64,000 bases of DNA, from positions 5,890,001-5,954,000 of the forward strand of contig JAQFVV010000006.1 in NCBI GenBank assembly GCA_028023455.1. The letters run 5' to 3'. The position numbers were made by a program, and so were the translations under genes. Below, in pieces: positions 25,930-38,260 of this stretch. This DNA comes from Epiperipatus broadwayi. Taxonomy: Eukaryota > Animalia > Onychophora. Each line of letters opens with the position of its first letter. Position 1 is the stretch's first letter. The notes under the pieces are model-generated. The model was not told where the DNA came from. It was given only the letters and a program-made list of their open reading frames with translations, and ran no database searches.

Positions 25930-26190
25930 TTCAAACTCAGGTCAACTCACTTACATGAATATCTATATCAGATATGACGTCAGCTTCTATATATTTTTAA
26001 ATTGGTATGTCTGATAAAAAGTGATGTCACACCTTTATAACTATGTAAGTGAATTAGCCTGAGTTTACAATCTTAGGCTTCTATATATTTTATATATTTT
26101 TAAATTGGGTATGTCTATTAAAAATGTAGAAAATCTATATGGTGTCACACCTTTATAACTATATAAGTGAGTTAGCCTGAGTTTAAACCC
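25930..26190. repeat. Small TIR element with a duplicated right half
   Basis: aaactcaggtcaactcacttacat pairs with atgtaagtgaattagcctgagttt; the ttttaaattgg..tgtcacacctttataactat..aagtga.ttagcctgagttta block occurs twice. Confidence 0.6.
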
Positions 26191-27492
26191 TTAGGATTTT
26201 TTTAAATTCCAGGATATTATTTTGAATAGTATAAAGGAGTAAAATGTGATTGGTGGATATATAAGTGGACCAGGTCTAGTTTTGAATCTCAGTCTTCAGC
26301 AAAAAAAGTAAAAATAAAAAATTGGTTCAGAAATGGAGATTTTAATATGCTATACTAGCTGGTACTCTTTGACTATTCAAGATTACAGAGTATATGGCTC
26401 TAAGGCAGAATGAAGATAAATGTTCTTGACAAAATAACTCTATGGATAGTTGTGATGTCAGAGTGACCAAGTGGAAATTGAGACAAAGATATAGCAAAAC
26501 TTTGGGGTTTTAAGGAAAACACATTTGGGGCTTCAACGTTTAGTAGATAGTGATGCATACGTTTATAGACTGCTGATATAGGTTTATAGGTTGCACTACT
26601 ATTGATAAAATGACTGCTGTACTCTTTCAGTGAACATAATATTTTCATTCAGTTGTCCAAACTGATTTCTTTTAACAGCACTGAGTTAAAAAATCAATCA
26701 AAAAATCTTACTCTACTAATGAGCAAAGCTGCTCAGGGTAATGCATTAATAATTCTGCAAATTTTGGATGTACTTCAATATTGCACAGTCTTCTAAAGAT
26801 TATGATATCACTCTAAAATTAAGATGCTTTAATAGTTGCTGTTAAACGGGTGTCACATGACCAAGCATCAGTGATAATAAGCAAATGTTCAATTGTAGTT
26901 TTATAACTTATAGCATAATTATTACACCTATTTTGGGGCAAAAAGTCCATTTATATCATTTCATGCCCCATGTACTCAATGAGCATGTCATGTAAGCTAC
27001 TGTAACAAAATGGTGAGAATTGGGTGCACAAGACAGAACCCATGATGATTATTTTAGCTTCAAATATCAGAATGGAGTGTTTATTGAGAGGAGTGGAAAA
27101 AAATGAAGAGAAATCTGCCATCAAGGATACTCTGCTTGCCCTTTGATGATTGAACCTTACTTGACATTTCAACCAATGATCACATAATAAATAGTCCGAC
27201 ATAACCCACTCAATTCACAAATCTTGCCCTAATCTCCAAGCATTTAACTATCAATCTTAGAATTATCTATTATATTAATTTCATACATTTTTAAAAAAAA
27301 AGTTTCATATATCTTAAAGAATATGCCATATTTAATCAGACTCTGCACTTGTGTGGTTTAATGCATTGGTGGATTTGAGTTTTAAAAGTTTCCAGATCAA
27401 TTCTTAACCAAATAAATAATTCTCTTTGATTAACTGCACAGAATTATTGAACTTAATCTTCCCTTTGAATTCGTTAGTATCATGTGACCTAT

Positions 27493-27575
27493 AAACATCA
27501 CGTGATCACTATTCTTTATGCTTATGCAAGCTCGCACTGAATGGCACTACTGTATGGAGAGTTTTGCCTCTGGGT
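27493..27575. mobile_element. Family A terminal fragment (inverted tail plus forward end)
   Basis: aaacatcacgtgatcactattctttatgcttatgcaagc is joined to gcactgaatggcactactgtatggagagttttgcc. Confidence 0.75.
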
Positions 27576-29824
27576 ATCATATGACCTCATGAGTAACAAA
27601 TAATACAATTAATTTAAGTATGGAGCAGTAACAATTGTAGGGTTAGTTACCCAAAAGATCATGTGACATAAAGAATACCTATCATTAGTTGCTCAAAAGA
27701 ACCCCACCAACTACAGTTCCAATTGAAATGTAATTAAATACTTTGCTCTGGAGTCATATGACATTTGAACACTGGAAGTAATCTAGTTGAATTGTAATAC
27801 ATGACCTTTAGCTCTTAAGTTAGACATTCTAAGATTGTCTATACTAAACCAGAGCAGTTTGACCAGTTTCATTGATTTTTATAAAATTTGTATGTATATG
27901 TATTGGCTGAGAATCAATCCTGGAAATTGTTCTTCTGTCCATTCAGTGCAGTAGGGAAAGCGGAGGGCAGCTTAAATGCTTCTGAATTAATTCCCAATCC
28001 AGAAAAAAAAATTGTTTGCTCACGTGTTCAAACTGTCACATGACGACTACCTGGCATAACCAATCCTGATTTTTCCCCTCTATCCAAGACATTATTGACT
28101 TTCAATTTAAAACGGCAGAAGACATCATAAATTTATACATCTTATAAAAAAGCAAATCAAAATTCCAAAGATAAAATTGAAATTTTGTAAAGATTTAATA
28201 TAAAAATCTAATTATAATTGTTTAAATCACATTTCTTTTTAAATTAATTTCTTCACTCTATAGAAAAAAATAATTCCATATATTTTTAATTTAAATTTGA
28301 TTAGTTTCATGATTTTTTTTATAAAAAAAAAAAACAATATTTCTTCAGCATAAAAAAAATATTGATTTCCCCCACCTCTGTCATTATTTCATGTCTAAAT
28401 GTTGCAGGTATTTTAACATTTAAAATAATGGAGTTGTTCAACAATCTTGTCAAGTTTTCTTATTTACAGATGAAAGATTTTAGGTTAGAGTTAAATATAT
28501 ATATATACTATCACTTAGTAACAAATAACAACTATCCAAGTGTCAAAATGGAATTAATTAAACTATACTTTATAAAACGTGACAATCTATGAAATATAAA
28601 TTTTTTGAAAGGCTAAAGGCACATAGATCATTTATGGCCTTAAATGAAAGCGTATTCTCCATTGGTTGTAGTTATTATATAGCAAAAGTAGGCAAAACCT
28701 GGGGACTACAGTGTATTACAGACTTAAAATGCCCTAGTTCTTTATGACCTGTAAACAAATGTATTACAATAGAGCTCTAAATGATTCTTATAGGGCCAAA
28801 GACTAAACTAAGATGTAAAATTTATGAAAGTAAAGCTAAACATATATTATTGAAAACTACTCTATTAATAAAATTTGGTTATAACATTTATTTTTACAAA
28901 ATATGTCTTATACAGGCTTTCAAGCTAATTGTGCATACGCTTTTGCGAGTGTTAATAATAATAAATGAATACTTTCTCTCCAATACAAGATATAGTATTT
29001 ATGCAGGAATAAAATGAATACTTATTCCTAAGACTCAAATGCTTATATATGAGCAAATCTGAAGTACTGGCAAAGAAAACATGAAGATGGAACAGTCACT
29101 TTAAATTACTATATACGATGTCTGAATGAATGACGTCGGTGAAATTGTCTAGAATTTACTAAACGTCATTCCAACTGAAAGTTAATCATATGTAAATAAG
29201 CATTTATTTTATATAGCGTATGTTTACAATTGTATTACATTCAAATATCAGCCTTTCAAGCTAATATGTCTTAGTATATAATATTTTCATTGCGTTTATT
29301 CAATTTTTTTTAAAAAAACTCAGACTGTTAATACATTTCCCACATTGCTTTATTTGACTTCTTATGATAATTTCAACTGACTAGCAGACTTCTTCAGAAG
29401 TAAAAAAAAAACATTGATTACAATGGGTTTTTTTTCATAAACATATATTGACTTCATCTTACATATATCTAAATAAATGTATGTTTACCATTATTTATAT
29501 ATATTATACACACACTTGATCATTTTTATAAATTAAAAACTAAAAATATTTAATATGTTTGTTCAAATATATAAAGCAAAAAGATATATATCCATCTATA
29601 AATGAAATATACATTGTATTTATACACATACCGTAATTTATATTATTAATAATATTAAAACATTCAACATTTTAACATATATTATTTCAAATTACAACGT
29701 TTTTATTTCCAATAATTTCCTTTTCAAATCTAAAATACTTACTAAATACTATATTTTGAAATACTTCAGAATAAATCTCTTTTCAAATTACAAACTAATG
29801 ATTAATATTTGAAATAGAGGCATT

Positions 29825-30058
29825 GTTCAGATACCTGGAGCTTAATTGATATAGGGGATTTGAACACAGACTTTCAAGCACTCTTCAACTAGCCATAGGG
29901 TATTTGAACACAGGCTTTCAAGCACCCTTCAACTAACCACACTATCTCATACCACTAATACACATCTTTTCTATGTGTGTATGGTCGTGTGTATCAGTGG
30001 TATGAGATAGTATGGCTAGTTGAAGAGTGCTTGAAAGTCTGTGTTCAAATCCCCTATA
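29825..30058. mobile_element. Family B1 hairpin-shaped copy with an internal duplication of about 43 bp
   Basis: ataggggatttgaacacagactttcaagcactcttcaactagcca occurs twice on the left and is inverted at 30013-30058; the HHR part is absent. Confidence 0.8.
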
Positions 30059-30304
30059 AACTAATGATTATTAAAAAATATTTTTTTTAATTTTCTCTAT
30101 ATTTGCTTCTACAGTACTTTTGTATAAACTGTAATACAATTTTATTTACAAATCTGAAAAACACCAGTACACAGTCGAAACTGTTATAGGAAACTAAATA
30201 AAGCAGTGTAGAAAATGAACTAAGAAAAGATTTAGATTACTTTTTATAGTCAAATATTGTATAATAAATTACAGTCAAATTTTAAAAAATTACATTAATT
30301 GAAG

Positions 30305-30660
30305 TAAGTTTTAAATTGCACTTTACACAAAAAATTGAAGCTTAGTATTATTAGAAAAAGAATTATAAGGCTTAGCGCTTTCAAAGAACTTAGGTCTCCA
30401 TATTCATAGCCTATCTTGGGAGTGTCGGCTTACATTGAGATTTTAAGCAAAGCTTAACAGTAATTTATGCAAAATTGATTCAAAGTTAAATTTTGCATAA
30501 ATTACTGCTAAGCTTTACTTAAAATCTCAATGTAAGCCGACCCTCCCAAGATAGGCTATGAATATGGAGACCTAAGTTCTTTGAAAGCGCTAAGCCTTAT
30601 AATTCTTTTTCTAATAATACTAAGCTTCACTTTTTTGCATAAAGTACAATTTAAAACTTA
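30305..30660. mobile_element. Near-perfect palindrome (172-bp arms, 12-nt loop), fold-back element
   Basis: 30305-30476 is the reverse complement of 30489-30660 with few mismatches. Confidence 0.9.
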
Positions 30661-31588
30661 CCACTCAAAGGTGAAGTAAAAAACAAAGATTTTATTAATT
30701 GAAGTAATAACAGATCACTTAATTTCTTAACTTACATAATATATGATTAAACAAAAGCAAATCTCTACTCTAGTGCCATCTATAGTAAGCTTCAGAAATC
30801 ACTGATATCAAAATAGAAATCTTTTCTTATTTTATCATAGGATAACTAAAGAACTAATATTATTATTAATTCTTGACAAAATAAAAAGATACCTATAATT
30901 AGAAAAGACAGTTCTTAACCAAATATATAGTTACTGCATTAAAATATATACACATATAATGAATAAGTGGAAGAATGGTTTAGATGTAAAACCTTAAGAT
31001 GGTTTTGAATGTTCAGACCTTAAACTTGAATAGTAAAATGGAGTAAAATATTGGTTCTAGATGCTCAACGGCATTACTTTCAGCTTTGAATATCATCATA
31101 AAAGTGATAAATTAGTCTAAGAATAGATATTTAAATGCAATAACATCTTATAATCCTGGATTACTCAAGTTTTCTATAGATAGCAAAATATTTGTTTTAT
31201 TTAATGTTTACTAAATCCAGAGCAAAATCCCATTGAAGAATATGGGTATGATATTATTGCAAGGATCATTATTAGATTGAATTTATTAATAATTTGAAGT
31301 CTGTGTTGCCTACCAAATCAGAATAAAAGTTCAGTATATATATATAGTTGATTATGAAAGGTTTTTAATATCTGTGTCACACAATTTTTTTTTCTTTTTG
31401 CAACTTAGATATGAGTGAATGCACTTTTGGTGAGGGTCATCAGAATTATAGCCCCCCATTCTGGTGGACCTCACTGAAAGTACAATCACTCATGTCTAAG
31501 TTGGAACAAAAACCTCCATTTTATGACACAATTGTGAAAAATATCTCACAATCAAATTACAAATTCAAATGAAGTGAAAATTTAATAT

Positions 31589-31600
<12 letters not shown>

Positions 31601-31625
<25 letters not shown>
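31601..31625. repeat. (TG)n microsatellite following (TA)n
   Basis: Read directly from the sequence. Confidence 0.95.
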
Positions 31626-31794
31626 AGTTACAAATTTTAGAAATTTTGATGTAGTTGCCATTTTGGAAACTGAATGAAGAAGCATCATTGTTAATATCAT
31701 CTCCTTATGATTATATAAATAGTATTTTTCCAGAATCATCATCCCTGGTACGCTACGATTGATATATAACAAACAAACAAGTCCAAATATGATA

Positions 31795-32075
31795 CTAAGA
31801 TTATATTTATATATTGGACTATTTCTATCATGTAGCATTAAGTATTGAATGTTTTTAGAAAAATTTAACTTTATTTAAATTTTCCAATTACATTCAACTG
31901 TAAGTAATACTACACAGGTTAGTATATCCACAATGTTCAGAAAGGTATTATTTCTCTTTCTTCTTCAGATGATGCTGGCCTGACCAGTGACAGTAATAGT
32001 TTTGGAATCAAACCTGGACCCTTAGATTCTTGAATATTGAATTTTAAGATAACACTCTAACCAACTGAGCCATCC
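31795..32075 (-). mobile_element. Family C tRNA-head plus HHR element
   Basis: Minus strand: tggctcagttggttagag ... ggtttgattcc ... atCTGAAGA a GAAAG ..CTTTC tgaac att gtgg. Confidence 0.8.
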
Positions 32076-32094
32076 ATTATGGCTCAATTGATTA

Positions 32095-32955
32095 GCCTGG
32101 ATGGTTCAGTTGGTTAGAGTGTTATCTTAAAATTCAATATTCAAAAATCAATATACTTTTACTTCTGAATATTATGTAAACAAAACACTTATTTATAAGT
32201 AAATTTTGGTGGAGAAGACATAAATTAAATATTAATATTGATAGGCTTAATGTTGTCAAGGATTCATGCCTCATAATCATAGCCATCATAAAAAATGTAT
32301 AATGATATATATGCAAAGATATTTAAATAAGCCAGTGTTATATAGCCCATTTCTTTGACATCTTGAAGCAAGTACCTTTTCTATTGATAGAATGGATGTT
32401 TCCATTAATGTAGAATGCTTCTTTTATTTTTCTCTTATGATCATTTGATTTTAAATATAAGATTATGGAATTGGCAATTGTGAAGTTGTGTCCGGATCAC
32501 TTGGCATGCTCCAAAAATACAGAGGATGTATTGTTGTTCTTCTGAGCTCTGTTGTAAGTATACAGGTGTTGAGCAAGTCTAGTGTTTTGTTTACATAATA
32601 TTCAAGAATCCAAGGGTCCAGGTTCGATTCCTAAGCTATTATTGTCACTGGGCTCAATTAGTTAGAATGTTCATCTTAAAATTCAATATTCAAGGATCTA
32701 AAAGTCCAGGTTCAATTCCCACACTATTACTGTCACTGGTCAGGCCAGAAACACCTGAAAAAGAGAGACAAATAATACCTCTCCAAACATTATGTATATA
32801 CTAACCTGCGGGCTATTACTAACACTTAAATGTAATAGGAAAATTTAAATAAAGTTATTTTTTCTAAAAACATTCAATACTTAATACTATATGACGGAAA
32901 TAGTTCTATATATAAATACAACTAAAGTTCCGTCATCACAAACCTTCAGGCAAAC
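32095..32955 (+). mobile_element. Family C copies: a head split by an insertion of about 450 bp, then a full copy at 32650-32955
   Basis: Head 32098-32150 resumes at about 32598. The second head and body contain ACAC CTGAAAA A GAGAG..CTCTC CAAAC ATT ATGT. Confidence 0.75.
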
Positions 32956-33519
32956 ATAATACTAACGTAATTAATAAGCGAAATTCATAACGAATCATTT
33001 AAATTAATGTTTAAATAACGCTCACCTTCTGTTATATTAATCCCAATCTATTTTGTCAGGTAAAAAATAAACTGTAAAATAATTTGTGAGCTTATTAAAA
33101 TCAATTAGATTATCTTTTAACTGACACAACAGATTGGCAATTGATAACGATGGGCATTATTTACAAGTTCGTTTAATTGATTCTTTGAGAATCTAGCTTG
33201 TGAATTATCCCAGAAATACATTCAGACTTGGTTTCAGTCTGCGAATAAGTTTGTATTCTGAGAGCTACATAAATGATAAGCTGTTAAATTATTTAAGTCT
33301 CATTAAAATCATTGGAAACAAAAAAATTTAAAACTACTAACAAATGCCACAATTACATAACTATATTAGCAAATAAACTTGAATTCAAAATAGTAAGGTG
33401 TTTTTTAATTTCAGTTTACTAAATAGATACCTAGAAAATGTCTGTGGAGTGAATGGTTAATTACATTCAAAGTTAGAACACTTAATCCCATAACTATTAT
33501 TTTTTATGCTTACGCAATC

Positions 33520-33805
33520 TGTTAAAATAGTAGCAATTCTCTCCCTATAGTTGTGCCACCTAGTGCAAGCCATAGGAATATGGATGCTAGAAGGTTAGTG
33601 CATTGAAATCCCTATTTAGTTCCTACTCATCCAATATCCTAAGACTAGTTTCTAGACTGTGGCCTTCATCAGTGTGGAGCCTTGAATCTGAGAGCACTGC
33701 AACTAGATGTTTGGATTTAATGCAACCCCCCCAGAAGCCACCTTTTAACTTTTTAGTAAACTAAAAAATTATGAAACCAAAATGAAAACACAGTAATGTT
33801 TTCAA
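33520..33805 (-). mobile_element. Family A HHR element
   Basis: Minus strand ctccacaCTGATGAaggccacagtctaGAAACtaGTCttagga; stem I mismatched. Confidence 0.85.
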
Positions 33806-33807
33806 TC

Positions 33808-33965
33808 ACATGATCACTATCTCATACTAGCACATAATTATTAAACAATTCAAAACAAAGCAAAACTCTCCATATAGTAGTGCTTCTGACATCCATTGAT
33901 TGCTCTTGTTAGCACAAGATGGCACTACTATATGGAGAGTTTTGCTTTGTTTTGAAATGTTTAAT
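33808..33965. mobile_element. Family A terminal hairpin
   Basis: aaacaattcaaaacaaagcaaaactctccatatagtagtgc pairs with gcactactatatggagagttttgctttgttttgaaatgttt; the left arm carries the extra catgatcac tail. Confidence 0.85.
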
Positions 33966-34094
33966 GTTTTCAATCCAAACTCATTCACTTATATAGTTAC
34001 ACAGACTTGAGTATATATACATTTTTATATTTTTGGTTTTTTAATAATCATAGTCCCCATAATCTTTTAGCCAAGATAGGTATTAAACCAGTAA

Positions 34095-34290
34095 AATATC
34101 ACATGACTACTGTCTCTTACGCTTAAAACAATATGTTAAAATACTAGCAACTCCCTCCAAACAGTAGCGCCATCTAGTGCAAACCATAGTTATCAATGTA
34201 TGCTAGGAGGTTTGTACATCGAAATCCCTATCTAGTGCCTAATCATCCAATATCCCAAAACTAGATTCTGGCTTGCGGTCTTCATCACTA
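34095..34290 (-). mobile_element. Family A HHR element, 5'-truncated within the ribozyme
   Basis: Minus strand gtgatgaagaccgcaagccagaatctagttttgggatattggatg... ending gtagtcatgtgatattt. Confidence 0.8.
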
Positions 34291-34849
34291 ACATTTATAT
34301 TGTATTTGCAATTTATTAATAATTTACAATATATTTAAACTAGGGATGATGATATTCAGTAATTTCTATAAATTTGTAAATGTAACCATTAATTGTCTTT
34401 ATTATCAACTGAAACACAATATATATATATGTGTGTGTGTGTATGTGAATCAGTGTTGACATTTCCACACTTTGAAAATAGAAAAGATCTTTTTAATATG
34501 TTTATATGTAAAGCATGACCATTTACACCTCTTCAAGTTTATCTGATGAGATTTTAACTAATGAAATCTTTAACATAACTGAAGAGATCTCTAGCATCAC
34601 TGAAAAGATCTTTGGTACATCTGATAAGTCCTAGCACTTCTAATAGGTAACGGACTGAAGTACATAGAAAGTGTGGTTAATATTGGATGATGGCTTATTA
34701 TCTTAAAGCTTACATGTGCATCACATATATATATTCCAACCGTATTGTTAAAAGGAGGTTGCCTTGACAACAGTTTGGAAATTGCTGATTCTTGATATTG
34801 GGATTGTCTAAATGTTTACTCGTTTTTAATGGTTATATATATGTGTGTG

Positions 34850-35400
34850 TCAATTAATAGTATTGTGTCCAATGGACAGGTTCAGAGAGCATTCACAACA
34901 CCAGTTCATCCATTTTACCAATTCTTTCGCTTCATTGCCCACCTATTCAATCCCATGAACTTTTCCCATATCTCATATCATCCAATAATGCCAACCGTTT
35001 TCATCCTTTCTTGCTTCCATTCACCATTTCTTCCAAAACATCTTTCATTAAACTATACTTTCTTCTTAATATATGTCCAATTCAGTTTTTCTCTTCATTT
35101 CTAATTTCTTCGATCTTCTTTTTTCATTTATTCTTTCCAAAACTTTTTTTATTTTATTTATCCAATTAATTTTTTCCATCTTTCTCCAAGACCACATCTC
35201 AAAAGCTTTTTTTCCCCATCCTACTCCATAACTACATCTCAAAAGCTTTCAATCTCTTAGTTTTATTACTCGATGTCCACATTTCACAACCATACAATAA
35301 TGCACTCTACACATAACATTTAATTAATTTTTTCCTTAATTCTTTCTTCAAAGGTCCACAAAATATTTTCTTTCTAACACAAAGAATATATATTATTGCA
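34850..35400 (-). mobile_element. RTE-clade LINE remnant
   Basis: The reverse complement shows V.CIIVWL.MW, AFEMWSWRKM.KI.W and G....GW traces typical of the RTE C-terminus. Confidence 0.65.
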
Positions 35401-36469
35401 GACTTCCACATCGTGAAAATCTGCAATATACTTTGATTAAACAACAAATGTCATGTATATGATTTAAAAATAAATAAACAGATACAAAGAAAACAGATAA
35501 GATTTAGAGTTTGAAATATACTAACAAAGCAAAGTTTTTTTTTTAAAAAAAAAACACCTAATAATGGATAGAATTTTAGAAAAGAAATGTTAAGAATATT
35601 TTCATTCTGCATTTTTTTCTTTCTTTCTTTTTAAAAGTGATTTATGTCCAATCAATTTCTGCTTGAAATGATATGTTTTTAAAATGACTGATAGTTTGAA
35701 AAATTTGCAGTCAATGACTTTTTCAAACTAACTGACGAGTTGATGACTGAAGAAAGACATTATCACAAAGGCTACAACTTTGGAATAACAGAACAAAATT
35801 TGTACTTTCTCAATCAGTGTTACTTTTAAAAACTTCTTTTAAGCTTATATGATAGTATATATTAGAGTTTTAAATAGTTAACATTTGAAGAAGTTAGCTA
35901 ACAATAAATAAACACCAAGCACAATGGAAGAATAGGGAACAAAAGGACGAAAGATTTAATCTCACGTGCGACTGCCACTTGTATTCAAACATCTTTGACT
36001 TCCCGAATACCTAGTCATATGATTGCTTTAGCCATGTAGTAAAGTAGTGAAGTCACTGTGTTTCATGATTTATAAATTCTTGGATTAATTCTCAAGAGAA
36101 TATGCCAATTGGATGTCATATAATTTCAGAAAGAAATTAACTTCCGCTTATTATAGCAATATGTGAATCCGTATTGCGATCGATTGGTGAACTATTAATA
36201 AATATGAAAACTAAAAAAGTATATTTATTATTTATTTGGAAATATTTATTGATACAACTATAGGCATAAAAGACCATTCAAATGCTAGCCAAGTAGAAGT
36301 ATTACTGAAAAATTTAACCAGAAGAACAGTTCCAAGGTGACATGAAATTTCTAAGAGTTAATATAATACATTGCACAGGCTAAAACCTGCATTTATATAT
36401 GTAATATAGAGATTCGAACTCAGACTTTCACACGGTGCCATCTCATATGTATAGTTTTAAAATTAAATC

Positions 36470-36830
36470 ATATTGTGCATGTGTATATATAATAAATATA
36501 TTTTATTATACAATGTTTACTATTATCCACTGTTTTAAGTATTCTCAGAAAGATCAGATGCAGATGATATAGAGGGTTTATTGCCATTTGGAATACAAAA
36601 AAATTAAAATTTAATAAACTTTTTATTTTTAATAAAGAAAAACATCATATTGTAAATGTGTATACATAGTAAACATATTTCATTATACAATGTTTATTAT
36701 TATTCACTGTTTTAAGTATCCACAGAAAGATCAGATGCACATGATATGAGGGTCTTTTGCAATTTGGAATACAAAAAAAAAAATTTAATAAAACTATTTT
36801 TATTTTTAAAAATGAAAAACCTTAAATTAA
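36470..36830. repeat. Tandem duplication, period about 177 bp
   Basis: catattgt..atgtgtata...cactgttttaagtat.c.cagaaagatcagatgca.atgatat..tttggaatacaaaaaaa occurs twice. Confidence 0.85.
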
Positions 36831-36844
36831 AATAAACCATAAAC

Positions 36845-37150
36845 AATCATCATTCATCATTTTCAATCATAATCAATCCACTGCAGCATGAAGGTCTCTC
36901 CAAGTTTAATCCAGTTTCTCTGCTGTCTAGCCTCTCCATATCACCTTAGCATCATTCCTTATTTCATCCTTGTATCTCACATATGGTCTCCTTCCAGGTC
37001 TTTTGTATTCACTTGGAATTCAATGTAAGATTTCATCTATTTTATCATCATCTTTTCTAGCACCATGTCCAGACCAGCTCCACTTTAATCATTTAATTCT
37101 GTCAATGAAGTCAGTAATACCTGTTTATTCTCTCACCTATATATTTCATT
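36845..37150 (-). mobile_element. RTE-clade LINE 3' end
   Basis: Reverse complement of the 18305-18504 family (aatccactgcagcatgaaggtctctccaagtttaatcca). Confidence 0.85.
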
Positions 37151-37514
37151 TTCAATCCTTTCTAAATAAAGATTTTACTGTACAGCAATTACAATGTTAA
37201 TAAAAAAACTATCATCTCTATGTTTCTGTACATTGATCAAGTAGTCTGATCAAAAATAACAAGTTCTTGCTCAGTTTTAGCTGAGTAATGTAGCTAAGGA
37301 TCTATTCAATCAACTAATATTAAATGTAACTGTTACACCTAACATTATTTGAGTGCTTAACTTGATTATTATATCACCTTTTGAGAAAATAAACAATGAT
37401 TAATTAGTATGGTTTCATATAGAATTATTTCATAGTGCTGATCTTTTAATTGCTGTTTGTTTTTTTGTTTTTTTGGGGGGGGGTCTTTATTTTTCTTTTA
37501 CTGAAATCTCAAAT

Positions 37515-38260
37515 GATGTGATGAGATGTGATATATTGTGGGTTCTCATTTATCAGAGTCAGAATCTCTCAGCCACTATGCCCAGAGAAACCTGTTATCC
37601 ACCTTAAAACACTCCTTCCCTTTCCATTCTCCACCCAGTTTACCCCATATTCTTCTCTATCCTGCTCCATCTCATTTTCATAACATAATCTTTGTCCACT
37701 CTGTGGCCTTTATATCTAAATCCCACTTATCTTTTCCCAAACTCAGCCTAAAAACCAAGAACCCACTTTCTGTATAATCACTTTGATTATATTTATTCTC
37801 CTGCAACTTTATTATTTGCAACATTTCTGCTTGTAGGCATTTACACTCAATTAACAGATGCCTAATATTTTCTATGCCTTCCTCACAAAACTTGCAGACT
37901 AAATCACCCATATTTTTTCCATTTATGTGCATATTCCTTTGTTGTTAAAGAGCCCGTTTGAGAATTAAACAAAAAACTACTTTCCTTGTTATTATCATAA
38001 ATTAACTCACACCTAATATACTGTTTACTTTTATATATATTTAAACTATTTTTACTTGCCATACTATTTCTCCATCTCTCCAACTCCCTATTTTTTATTA
38101 ATGCAACTATTCTTCCATCACACTCCTTGCCAATATAACACTCAACAATTCTCCTAACATAATCATTCCAATTTTTATATAAGTATACTGACATGAAGTC
38201 TTGATCCAAATCTTCTGGGTACCATACCACCATTCTCACCCATCCCATTGCCTATCTTTT
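37515..38260 (-). mobile_element. Non-LTR retrotransposon 3' end with CCHC knuckle
   Basis: Frameshifted ORFs 37904-38248 and 37678-37932 give ...ELERWRNSMASKNSLNIYK...LFNSQTGSLTTK / LVCKFCEEGIENIRHLLIEC; (catca)-type tail. Clade not assigned. Confidence 0.8.
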
